Below, piece after piece: positions 8,932 to 18,416 of a stretch of 64,000 bases of DNA (positions are counted from its first letter, which is position 1; each line of letters opens with the position of its first letter). A program made the position numbers and the translations under genes. The notes under the pieces were generated by a model. That model ran no database searches and was not told the origin of the DNA. It saw nothing but the letters and a program-made list of their open reading frames with translations. This stretch comes from Nitrosopumilus sp. (GTDB lineage: Archaea > Thermoproteota > Nitrososphaeria > Nitrososphaerales > Nitrosopumilaceae): positions 1,344,001 through 1,408,000 of the forward strand of contig OY763927.2 in assembly GCA_963667665.2 (NCBI GenBank), given 5' to 3'.

Positions 8932-10701
8932 TTATTTTGGCAGTTTAATGATAAAAGTAGTAGGATTATTTGTTATAGAAATTTCACCTTGATGTTGCTC
9001 TATAATGTTCCTACAGCTTGCCAAACCAAGGCCAGTACCTTTTTGTTTAGTAGTGTATAGAGGCTCAAACACTTTATCAAGATCTTCATCAGAAATCCCT
9101 TCACCAGAATCAATAAACTTCAAAATTATCATGTTGTCTTCTTCATTAATTAAAATCTCAATTTTCCCACCTTCATGCATTGCCTGAATTGAGTTTACAA
9201 GAAGATTAATGAATACAGCATCCAGTTTATCTTCATCACAATTAATTTTTATTTTATTTTCAGATACTATAATTTCAACATCATCTGTAACATTAATTTT
9301 GTCTATAGAATTTTGAATAATTTCATCTACAAAAACTTTGGATAATTGTAGTGGAGAATGTCTTACATATCCTAAAACATCATCAACTTGATGAGATATT
9401 CTATCAATGCTTTTTTCTATTAAATTAATTCTTTTAGTAACTGATTCTTCAGAGATTTTTAAATCTGGAGAGGATTGTTTAATCATATCTACAGACATTT
9501 TCATTACAGATAATGGATTTCTTAAATCATGTGCAAGACGACCTGATAATTCTCCAATTGCAGACAGACGTTCTGATTTTAATACTTCTTGTGTTTTTTT
9601 TTCTACAAGATTTTCGAGGTTATCTCTTTGTTCAACTAATTCATTGGTTCTCATTTTAACTAATCGTGAAAGATTCCTGGTGATAGTGATTACTATAATA
9701 CCAAAAACACCTAACATGGCAATAATTCCAAGCAAAAGATGTTCAGCTGAAAGTTGTTCATCGGTTTGAATAAAAACTGTACTAATAAGAGAGATGAGAA
9801 TAACCATACAAACAATAGCTACTGTAAGTGGAATTCCAAATTGGCTAATGGTCTCAAATTTTACATTTTCAGAAAAGAACATAGTATGTCTTTCAGAAGT
9901 TGGCAGCTTTGAAATCTTTAAACGAATATGTAATGCAAAAATTAGCATGAAATAGCTGTAGAGATACATCAGATCAGATGGATGCCCATCATAGTATGAG
10001 TCATCAAGTTCTGCAAAGACAAAAAATGTATCTGCAATAGCATACATTATGAATCCAAATAAAATTAACATCCAAGCTAGGTTTGCACCTCTTTTGGCAA
10101 GATACATGACTCCTATAATTGCTGGAACTAGTTGGAATGATGCCAATATTGGATATGCAAGTAAAACAGAAGCTGTAAATGCTTCTTCTTCGAAAATATC
10201 CCCATATACACCAGAAATAGAGGGTACTAGAAAGGAAAAAGATAAACCAATTGCAAACAACCAAACATTTCTGCTAACTGATTTGAGTATAGGTTTTAGA
10301 GAAAAGATCAAAAATGCAAAGAAAAATGGATATGCAGCAAGATAAAAAATGTCTGCTTCAGATGGAAAAGGTTCACCTACCACAAAAATACTATAATCAT
10401 ATAATTGCCAAATTTGTTCAGCTATAAACCAACATGATGCACCTATAGCAAAAAAGAGAAATGCTTTTGCTTGATAGTGTTTTTGTTTGAATAATTTTAT
10501 TGTTATAAGTATAGAATAAACAAGCAAAACTCCGGGAATAATAAGATACGCAGGAGCTGATATAACCGAAAATTCATCAAAATTAAGAAACGGTCTTAAT
10601 TAATATAAAATAGTAATTATCACTAGAAAAGAAATTAAAATAGTCAGAACACGTTTGTTATCAGAAAACTGTGTTTTTGTTAAAGCATGATTATTACCCA
10701 A
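8932..10701 (-). CDS. Membrane-bound sensor histidine kinase; in-frame TAA at 10600-10602 interrupts N-terminal extension (possible pseudogene; intact ORF 8932-10527)
   Basis: H-box LAHDLRNPL, N-box FINLLVNSIQA, DSGEG, FEPLYTTK, GTGLGL; multi-TM sensor; frame continues upstream to TTG 10701 across one stop. Confidence 0.8.
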
Positions 10702-10873
10702 ATTCCAAACCTCGTAATTTCACATATTTTTTTAATGTACAAGAATATACGTTTTCATATAATTTCAATTCAGTCTCAAAATCTGTTGGATAAAAAGTAC
10801 AATTAACATGTAATGTGTAATATTCAGCCTAACTTAGTCTTTAAAAGTAAAGTATGATAATATTACTTTGAAA

Positions 10874-11251
10874 ATGAAAAAAACTATTCTAGTAGTAGAG
10901 GATGATGAAGATTTACGAGGTATTTACAAAGAAATTCTAGAAGTATATGACTATGATGTTCAGATTGCCATTAATGGATTGGAAGGAGTTGAAAAATTCA
11001 AGCAAAAAAAACCATCTTTAGTAATTATGGATGCAGATATGCCTGTGCTTGATGGATATAAGGCATTCAAGCAAATCAAAGAGATAGATAATAACGCAAA
11101 GGTAATCATTGTCACAGGATTTTCAGATACGGAACCCAAAAGTATAGAAGCAATGAAACTAGGACTAATCAAAATAATTTCAAAACCATTAGGAGTAGAT
11201 GAATTGCTAATGTTGGCAAAAAAATATACTAAAACTAAACTAGAAAAATAA
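10874..11251 (+). CDS. Single-domain response regulator (CheY-like receiver)
   Basis: LVVEDD, VIMDADMPVLDG, IVTG, SKP. Confidence 0.9.
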   Translation: MKKTILVVEDDEDLRGIYKEILEVYDYDVQIAINGLEGVEKFKQKKPSLVIMDADMPVLDGYKAFKQIKEIDNNAKVIIVTGFSDTEPKSIEAMKLGLIKIISKPLGVDELLMLAKKYTKTKLEK

Positions 11252-11307
11252 TTTGGTTAAAAGATTGTCAGATTGATTTCTAGATAAGTTAGATTTAAAA
11301 TTAAAAG

Positions 11308-11381
11308 CGGGTCTAGAGGGATTCGGACCCTCGACAACCGGATTAAGAGTCCGGTGCGCTACCTGGCTGCGCCATAAACCC
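11308..11381 (-). tRNA. tRNA-Lys(CTT)
   Basis: Cloverleaf GGGTTTA...CCGGA-CTCTTAA-TCCGG...GAGGG-TCCGAAT-CCCTC-TAGACCC-G. Confidence 0.92.
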
Positions 11382-11440
11382 ACCAAAGTGGATATGCCTA
11401 GAGTTGTTATTAATCTTAAGATTGTAAAATAAAGGAAAAT

Positions 11441-12043
11441 TTAGTTTTGTGCTTTTGCTTCAATTTCATTGTACTTTTCAAGAATTGCTGTTAGTACAGT
11501 TGAAACTGGAACATCATTCATCTTTTTCTTTTCGATAAGGATTTTTTTGTATGCATCTAGTGTAATGTATACTGGAATTGAACCATTTCCTTCAAGTAAA
11601 CCTCTAACGTTGTAAAGAGCAGTCTCCATTCCTTTCTCAGCAGATTTTGCAAATTTTGCTTTATCCATAATTGCTCCTAGTGGACCAAATGGCATCACAT
11701 AATCAACTGACATTGTTATTCTAGTAAGATTATCACCTAATTCTTTGAATTCATTGGTAATTTGCCATCTCTTAAATGGACCCTCAATTTGCTTTGCAGA
11801 GATCTTTTCATTTTTAATAAATTCAGTTGTCTCACAATCCCATTCAAGACGTTTACCACTAAAGTCACCGATAATTCTAAAGGTTGTACCAACACCCATT
11901 CCTTCTTTGATATCCATAGGAACGACTTGCATGCCTACGACATCAGTTTTAATTTGATCAGAGATGTGTTCAGGTCTTGCAAAATAGGTAAAAACATTCT
12001 CTACTGGTGTTTTGATATCAATAGATTTTGTAACTAAGGTCAC
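11441..12043 (-). CDS. SRPBCC/START-fold protein with C-terminal extension
   Basis: SIDIKTPVENVF, GVGTTFR, EGPFKRW, VDYVMPFGPLG. Confidence 0.8.
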   Translation of the reverse strand: MTLVTKSIDIKTPVENVFTYFARPEHISDQIKTDVVGMQVVPMDIKEGMGVGTTFRIIGDFSGKRLEWDCETTEFIKNEKISAKQIEGPFKRWQITNEFKELGDNLTRITMSVDYVMPFGPLGAIMDKAKFAKSAEKGMETALYNVRGLLEGNGSIPVYITLDAYKKILIEKKKMNDVPVSTVLTAILEKYNEIEAKAQN

Positions 12044-12139
12044 GATTCAATTTCTCGTAGTTTAGGATTTAAAGGTTTTGAAGATTTTTGAATAAAAATT
12101 GATTTACAATATATTTATCCATTTTCTATGACAATCTAA

Positions 12140-12664
12140 ATGTCTAAAAAGCGATCAGTTTTTTTGATTTTTATTTTACTACTTTCATCTGTCTCAATAT
12201 TTGATTATGCTTATGCTCATTCAATGTTTAATTCTAGTGAGAAATTTGAAGCAGGTTATAGAGTACAAGTTGCAACATTACCAGAGTTTCCCGAAATTGG
12301 TGGACCATCTATATTTTTGGTAAGAGTATCTGAGGGATTTGAATATACAGAAGTTGATAGATTTACTATGGGAATTAGAATTTATTATAATGAAGAACTA
12401 GTAGATACAATTCCTGTAACACATATAGAAGGATCTCATTGGGACATTGATTATGTATGGAAAAATTCAGGAAACCATATTGTAAAGGTTGACTTGTATA
12501 ATATTGGAGAAAATCAAGGAATTACAACTTATACATTTAACATGGGAACACAAAATCCATTTGGATACATCTTCTTTATTGCAATAGCTATAGGCGCTTT
12601 ATTTCTTGCAGTAACTATTGGGTATGTTTACTTTACAAAAAAATTAAAAAAATCTAAACTTTAG
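12140..12664 (+). CDS. Exported protein with C-terminal membrane anchor
   Basis: Signal peptide ending AYA-H (N-terminal His), beta-rich body, C-terminal TM plus lysines. Confidence 0.7.
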   Translation: MSKKRSVFLIFILLLSSVSIFDYAYAHSMFNSSEKFEAGYRVQVATLPEFPEIGGPSIFLVRVSEGFEYTEVDRFTMGIRIYYNEELVDTIPVTHIEGSHWDIDYVWKNSGNHIVKVDLYNIGENQGITTYTFNMGTQNPFGYIFFIAIAIGALFLAVTIGYVYFTKKLKKSKL

Positions 12665-13097
12665 ACGCTATAGATATTCTAGAGATTCTAAATGCAAATA
12701 ATGTAGTTAACAATACCATTGCAAATAATAATATTCCAATTCCCAAGTGAATTGCAACCAAAACCGCTTGTAGTTTCAGATCAATTACTAAAGCACCAAG
12801 AATAATTTGAGTAATAACAAATACAGTTGCAAGTGAGCTTGTTACTTTGATCTTCAAATCAGCATTTTTGTTAATGAGACTGGCAACCATAGTTGCAATT
12901 ACTAATGCCCCAGTAGTTGCTGCAATTAATCTATGAGTCCATTCAATTAAATATTCTTCAGTAGGCAATACCCCACTTGGACACAAAGGCCACTCAGGAC
13001 AAGTCAAGCCAAGTCCGGCTGCCGAGATATATCCGCCAATAACCATTAGAGAATACAAAACCATCATGGTTACTAGTGCAAGATATTGAATTGCCAA
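12654..13097 (-). CDS. ctaA: Heme A synthase, short COX15/CtaA type
   Basis: GLTCPEWPLC, EWTHR, QIILGAL, VAIHL; last gene of cox operon. Confidence 0.8.
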   Translation of the reverse strand: MAIQYLALVTMMVLYSLMVIGGYISAAGLGLTCPEWPLCPSGVLPTEEYLIEWTHRLIAATTGALVIATMVASLINKNADLKIKVTSSLATVFVITQIILGALVIDLKLQAVLVAIHLGIGILLFAMVLLTTLFAFRISRISIASKV

Positions 13098-13099
13098 AA

Positions 13100-14086
13100 C
13101 TATTCTACGATAAAGCTGCCTTGCATGCCTTGTATTGCATGTCCTGGGATAGTACAGGTATAATAATATGATCCAGGTGCACCAGCAGTGAAAGTAGTAC
13201 TAGCACTTTCATCTGATTTTAATGCACTTGACATTGAACCAATTGTAGAATCCATTACCACGCTGTTAAAATCTTCAGGATTTGAAACAACTCCAAATGC
13301 GTGAAACAATACACCTGTATTAGTTACTGTAACGGTTACTTCATCACCAGAATTTACACGAATTTCTGGATTGTGACCATCCTCACCAGGTAATGCATTA
13401 AATGCCAAAGTCCTAATGTCATCAGATTCTACAAAGTCTAAAGCAAATTCATGAGATACACCTGTTGGAGCTGCTGCTACTCCAGAAGAACCACCACCTT
13501 GTGCAGGACCAATAATGATTTCTCCAACCATTCCTTGTTCTCTATGTCCAGGAACTGTACAGATGTAGTAGTAAGTTCCCTCCTCACCTGCAATGAATTC
13601 AGAAGAACCACCTTCTCCTCCAGTTAATGGACTAGATGCAGCACCAATTTCACTACCTGGAATTATTCCTGCAAAACCTTCATCAGATTTTGTAACACCA
13701 AATGCGTGAACTAATATTCCTCCATTATCTACATTAAAGACAACTGTATCCCCAACATTCATCTGAATTGTTGGGTTGTGACCATCCTCACTCGGTAATG
13801 CATTAAATGCCAAAGTCCTAAAGTCATCAGATTCAATAAACGTAAGATCTTGTGTAATTGTTTTTCCAGTTGCAACAGCTGGTGCTGCATGATCTACTTC
13901 TCCTGCCATCATTGCTACAACTGGTGCAGGTTGTGAAATCCAATAGTCCCACATTGCAAAGAAAATTATTCCACCTACAATGCAAATGCCTAACATTATG
14001 ATCATCATTTTTCCAGTTCTAGATGCACTTGTTCTGTATACTGGATGTTCTGCTTCGCCAATTGGGTGTTCTGTTTCGTTACTCAT
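13100..14086 (-). CDS. Membrane-anchored two-domain blue (type 1) copper protein
   Basis: N-terminal TM; two cupredoxin repeats with HAFGV and YYYICTVPGHREQGM / YYYTCTIPGHAIQGM. Confidence 0.9.
   Translation of the reverse strand: MSNETEHPIGEAEHPVYRTSASRTGKMMIIMLGICIVGGIIFFAMWDYWISQPAPVVAMMAGEVDHAAPAVATGKTITQDLTFIESDDFRTLAFNALPSEDGHNPTIQMNVGDTVVFNVDNGGILVHAFGVTKSDEGFAGIIPGSEIGAASSPLTGGEGGSSEFIAGEEGTYYYICTVPGHREQGMVGEIIIGPAQGGGSSGVAAAPTGVSHEFALDFVESDDIRTLAFNALPGEDGHNPEIRVNSGDEVTVTVTNTGVLFHAFGVVSNPEDFNSVVMDSTIGSMSSALKSDESASTTFTAGAPGSYYYTCTIPGHAIQGMQGSFIVE
13371..13834. repeat. Intragenic 59-bp near-identical repeat (13371-13429 and 13776-13834)
   Basis: ttgtgaccatcctcac..ggtaatgcattaaatgccaaagtcctaa.gtcatcagattc, 3 mismatches, 405 bp apart. 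Confidence 0.85.
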
Positions 14087-14095
14087 TTTTTTCTC

Positions 14096-15634
14096 CTAAT
14101 GATGTGGGTTTTTTGCCTCAAATGGATAGTAGTACTTGCCACCTAGACCAAATGGGTCATGAATATCTGCAAGTTTGCCTTTAGCTGAACTGTAAATCAT
14201 ATTTACCAAGAAGATTGCCATACTAACACCAATAATCATTGCACCGACAGATGCAATCTGATTCATTGCAATCCATTCTGGAATTGGTGGATAATCATAA
14301 ACTCTCCTTGGCATTCCGTACAAACCAAGTACGTGTTGTGTAAAGAATACCAATATTGTACCTACAAAAGACAAGAAGAAGTGTATCTTACCTGCAGTTT
14401 CATTGTACATTCTACCTGTGACATATGGGAACATGTAGTAGAGATAACCAATTGAACCAAATGCAATAGTACCCATTACAAAGAGATGGAAGTGACCAAC
14501 TACCCAGTATGAATCATGTGTTGAAAAGTCTAATGGCATTGCGCTGTTAACTACACCACCTGCACCTGCAGAAAAGAACAATGCAATTCCTCCAACTGCC
14601 CACATCATTGGTGTTGCGAATTTAATTCTGCTATTCCACATTGTTGCAATAAAGTTAAACACATGCATAGCAGATGCTGGAACAGCAGCAAGAGTTCCTA
14701 CCATAAAGACTGTTTTTTCAGTAAACGACATTCCTGTTGCAAACATGTGGTGTGCCCATGATGAAAAAGCAACAAGTGATAACATTACAAACGCAAAGAC
14801 TGCAGAGTTGTAGCTATAGATTGGCTTTCTTGAGAATCTCGGAATAATTTCATACATCATACCAATTGCTGGAATTACCAAGACGTATACTTCTGGATGG
14901 AATGTAAACCAGAACAAGTGTGAATATGCAATTGGATCACCACCCATTGCAGGATTAAAAAATCCACTAACACCCAGTCTGTCAGTTAGAAGCATTAAGA
15001 GGGCTGCTGCAAATGTTGGAATTGCAACAATGATTATTACAGATGTTGCCAAAAATGACCAAGCTAAAAGCGGGACTTGGCCAATTGACATGTCTGGATG
15101 CTTACATTTGAGAATTGTAACTACAAAGTTGATGGCACCAAGTACTGATGAGACACCCAAAATCTTTAGTCCAAATATCCACATATCAGCTGCTGGACCT
15201 GGAGCACTGATGATAGAATATGGTGGTTGTGCATACCATGTAAAGTCTGCAAAGCCTAACCAGACCAGTGCTGCAGCAGGTGGAATCATCCAAAATGCAA
15301 TTGCATTAAGTTTTGGATATGCCATGTCTTTGTATCTAACCATTATTGGGACAAAGTAGTTACCAACTGCAGATGCAAAAGGAATGATAAACAAAAAGAT
15401 TAGTGTCGTACCATGAACAGTAAAGATTCTGTTGAAGGTCATTGAATCTGCAATTAGTTGTCCTGCCCCTTCAACATTAGGTAAGAATAATTCTATTCTG
15501 ATTGCAAGTGCTAATGAACCACCTAAGAACAAGAATGCTAGTGATGAAATAAGATAGAGTAAACCAATATCAGTATGATGTGTTGAGAACATAATTTGCC
15601 AAATTGGACGTGGCTTTGCTAATTCTAGAACCAT
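14096..15634 (-). CDS. coxA: Heme-copper oxidase subunit I
   Basis: TVHG, FWFTFHPEVY, WAHHMF, VGHFH, GMPRR. Confidence 0.97.
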   Translation of the reverse strand: MVLELAKPRPIWQIMFSTHHTDIGLLYLISSLAFLFLGGSLALAIRIELFLPNVEGAGQLIADSMTFNRIFTVHGTTLIFLFIIPFASAVGNYFVPIMVRYKDMAYPKLNAIAFWMIPPAAALVWLGFADFTWYAQPPYSIISAPGPAADMWIFGLKILGVSSVLGAINFVVTILKCKHPDMSIGQVPLLAWSFLATSVIIIVAIPTFAAALLMLLTDRLGVSGFFNPAMGGDPIAYSHLFWFTFHPEVYVLVIPAIGMMYEIIPRFSRKPIYSYNSAVFAFVMLSLVAFSSWAHHMFATGMSFTEKTVFMVGTLAAVPASAMHVFNFIATMWNSRIKFATPMMWAVGGIALFFSAGAGGVVNSAMPLDFSTHDSYWVVGHFHLFVMGTIAFGSIGYLYYMFPYVTGRMYNETAGKIHFFLSFVGTILVFFTQHVLGLYGMPRRVYDYPPIPEWIAMNQIASVGAMIIGVSMAIFLVNMIYSSAKGKLADIHDPFGLGGKYYYPFEAKNPHH

Positions 15635-15683
15635 TAGTTAATCTCCTTGCTTGAAATAATTGAAAGTTGTGATAATAATGTTA

Positions 15684-16115
15684 TCAAGTTGATGCTTCCT
15701 CCACATATAGTGTTCCGCGCATGTTATAGTGAATCAAGCCACAATATTCTCTGCATTGAATATTATGTTCTCCTACTGCATCTGGAGCAAACCAAACAGT
15801 GTTAACTCTTCCTGGAATTGCATCCATTAAAACAACATAATCATGAATGTTAAAAGAGTGAATAACATCTTTTGACATTATTTCAAATTTGTATGCCTTT
15901 CCAACTTCAACATGTAGCTCACCAATTTCTTTTGTTCCATCTTCATGCTCAAAAGTCCAGAACCATTGTTGTCCAGTTACTTTGATTACTTTAGCATCTG
16001 CAGGAATATGTTCAATAAGTCTTTCAGCATTCCATGCTTCTGCTCCAACCCATGCCATTAATGCAATTACAACTGCAATGTAAATCCATTCAGGCCAGTT
16101 AGAGTGTCCACTCAA
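15684..16115 (-). CDS. coxB: Heme-copper oxidase subunit II (CuA domain)
   Basis: GQQWFW, DVIHSF, CREYCGLIHYNM. Confidence 0.95.
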   Translation of the reverse strand: MSGHSNWPEWIYIAVVIALMAWVGAEAWNAERLIEHIPADAKVIKVTGQQWFWTFEHEDGTKEIGELHVEVGKAYKFEIMSKDVIHSFNIHDYVVLMDAIPGRVNTVWFAPDAVGEHNIQCREYCGLIHYNMRGTLYVEEAST

Positions 16116-16378
16116 TTCGACCAGTCAGTTCCCTCATATGCAGTTGGTTTTGCTTTTGGATGAGATTCTCTGAATCTCCAAACTAACCAAGTCATTGTTC
16201 CTGCAACTACTGCACCAACTGTAAATGCAACAGTCATCATTCTAAAGAACAAATTCCAAATAATTACTCTACGGTCAAGGTATTCTCCAGGCTCATCACC
16301 TGCAGCAAATGCTAAGTCTATAGCTGGAATCATTACTAAAACAGCCAATACTAAGAATAATCCAACAATCCTTTCCAT
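16112..16378 (-). CDS. Small membrane protein of cox operon, probable split N-terminal part of subunit II
   Basis: Signal-like N-terminus plus TM ending LVWRFRE; overlaps coxB start. Confidence 0.65.
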   Translation of the reverse strand: MERIVGLFLVLAVLVMIPAIDLAFAAGDEPGEYLDRRVIIWNLFFRMMTVAFTVGAVVAGTMTWLVWRFRESHPKAKPTAYEGTDWSN

Positions 16379-16430
16379 TAGCGATTGACTGACGAAACCT
16401 ATTTTTTATATTTAAGGGTTTTCAAGATTA

Positions 16431-17057
16431 CTAACTCCATCCATGATCGAAACGTGATGGATCCATTACATTAAGTCCGGAAAGTGAAAAATTTTTATCA
16501 TTTTCTCTAAAGATGGTAAGAGAAGCATTTGGTAAAATTAATTCATAAAGATTGGTAGGAGATAAGTCAATGACAGTAGATAGCATTGCTTTGATTGGGT
16601 CCATATGAGTTACAAGCAGTACATTCTCATCAGGATGTTTTTCAATTATGTGATCAACTATTCCTAGGATTCGTTTTTTGACATCAGAGAAAGTTTCTAC
16701 TCCATTATGGGCAATTTCAAGTTCACCATTATAGAATTTCATAAAGACATTACCATGACTGTTAAAAATTTCATCATATGGCATACCAGTAAATTTTCCC
16801 ATATCAAGTTCAATTAGACGATCATCAATTGTAACATCAAGTGAGTTGTGTTTTCCAACAATTTCTGCAGTATGTTTTGCTCGTTGTATAGGACTTGAAT
16901 AAATTGTTGAGATATTCATCTGTTCAAGTAATTGTGCAGTATATTCAGATTGTTTTATTCCAGTATCAGTTAATGGTACACCTTCTGTTCTACCAGCTAA
17001 AATTCTCTCGGTGTTATTTTTTGCCTGGCCATGTCTAAGAAAAATTATTTGTCCCAA
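16431..17057 (-). CDS. Histidine phosphatase (phosphoglycerate mutase family)
   Basis: LRHGQ, YSSPIQRA, LIELDMG, LVTH. Confidence 0.9.
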   Translation of the reverse strand: MGQIIFLRHGQAKNNTERILAGRTEGVPLTDTGIKQSEYTAQLLEQMNISTIYSSPIQRAKHTAEIVGKHNSLDVTIDDRLIELDMGKFTGMPYDEIFNSHGNVFMKFYNGELEIAHNGVETFSDVKKRILGIVDHIIEKHPDENVLLVTHMDPIKAMLSTVIDLSPTNLYELILPNASLTIFRENDKNFSLSGLNVMDPSRFDHGWS

Positions 17058-17108
17058 TTTGATCGAAATTCAAATAGAGATAATAATAACATTGTCAGAT
17101 AGGTTATC

Positions 17109-17777
17109 ATGAAAATAGGAATTATTGGCGGTACTGGTGGAATGGGTAAAGGTTTTGCTTTAAGATGGTCACAAAACCACGATGTAATAATTGGCTCTAG
17201 AGATGCCACAAGAGCATCTGATTCAGCAGTAGAATATACTAATCTTGCAAAAGAAGCATTTGGTGAAATAAAGGGAACAATTTCTGGAAATGATAATGTT
17301 TCAGTTGCAAAGGAAAGTGATGTTTTGATTTTATCAATTCCATATGAGAATATTGATTCTACATGTTCTGGAATGTTATCTGAGATCAAAGATAGTTGTG
17401 TTGTTGTATCTCCAATTGTTCCAATGACTAAAACAGATGTGGGATTTGAATGCGTTGCAATTAAGGAAAACAAACCATTTTCATATCAACTAGTATCAAA
17501 ACACATGAAGAATAAATCAAAATTAGTTTCTGCATTTCATGTAATTTCTGAAAAGAAACTTGTCAATGCAACATTAGAACTTGATTATGACATTTTTGTA
17601 TGTGGAGATGATGAGTCAGTTCAAGTGGTAAATGGATTGATTAATGAAATCAAAGGTCTAAGACCAATATACTTGGGTCCAGTAGAATTATCTTATTTTG
17701 CAGAAATGTCAACGCCACTTTTGCTAAATGCAATGATAAAAAATAAGATTAAAAATCCCGGCATTAAAATTGTCTAA
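17109..17777 (+). CDS. npdG: NADPH-dependent F420 reductase
   Basis: GGTGGMGKG, IGSR, VSAFH, VCGDD. Confidence 0.9.
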   Translation: MKIGIIGGTGGMGKGFALRWSQNHDVIIGSRDATRASDSAVEYTNLAKEAFGEIKGTISGNDNVSVAKESDVLILSIPYENIDSTCSGMLSEIKDSCVVVSPIVPMTKTDVGFECVAIKENKPFSYQLVSKHMKNKSKLVSAFHVISEKKLVNATLELDYDIFVCGDDESVQVVNGLINEIKGLRPIYLGPVELSYFAEMSTPLLLNAMIKNKIKNPGIKIV

Positions 17778-17797
17778 GTCTGTTTTTTTCATTAATC

Positions 17798-18031
17798 ATG
17801 AGTCACGAATACTATAGACGAGGTAGAAATTGGTTTACAGCAATTGGGACACTTTTTTCTGTAATGGCTGGAATTGTTCTAATCAGACAATTATTTATCT
17901 GGGGACCAGAATTTGTTGAAGATTTTTTGTTCAATGCAGAAATTACAAATGAAAAAGTTTCATTTGCAATGCTTGCCTTTGGTATTTTTATGATAGGATT
18001 AGGATTTAGAAAACATGAACAAAAGATATGA
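17798..18031 (+). CDS. Small membrane protein
   Basis: 77 aa, two TM, operonic between npdG and PPOX gene. Confidence 0.65.
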   Translation: MSHEYYRRGRNWFTAIGTLFSVMAGIVLIRQLFIWGPEFVEDFLFNAEITNEKVSFAMLAFGIFMIGLGFRKHEQKI

Positions 18032-18416
18032 ATTTCTAAAATCACAAAAAGTATTACGACTAGCAACAATTGGTAAAAACAAAACTCCACATATTGCTCC
18101 TGTTTGGTATTTGTATAGTGGAAAAAAGATCTACATAGGGACAAACACCAGAACTGAAAAGGCAAAAAATGTAAAAGCACACAAACGAGCCTCATTTTGT
18201 GTGGATGTAGGAGTAAATGCTCCAAATATTTATGGAGTAATGGGACAAGGAGATGCGAATTTAATTTTAGAAAAAAACAAAGTAAAAACAATTGCAAAAA
18301 AAATTCTTTTACGATACTTCAAGTCACTAGAAAACAAATCTGCAAAAGAACTATTAGATGACACTAACTGTATTATAGAAATAATTCCTGAAAAATTTTC
18401 AGTGTGGAGTTACTAA
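18015..18416 (+). CDS. Pyridoxamine 5'-phosphate oxidase-like (FMN/F420-binding split barrel) protein
   Basis: LRLATI...PHIAPVWY...KAKNV. Confidence 0.85.
   Translation: MNKRYEFLKSQKVLRLATIGKNKTPHIAPVWYLYSGKKIYIGTNTRTEKAKNVKAHKRASFCVDVGVNAPNIYGVMGQGDANLILEKNKVKTIAKKILLRYFKSLENKSAKELLDDTNCIIEIIPEKFSVWSY

Noticed and set aside
9005-10345. Several short ORFs within the histidine kinase
   Set aside because: Shadow or alternate-frame ORFs with no motifs; the same applies to those inside coxA, npdG, mtnA, the sulfatase-fold genes and tes
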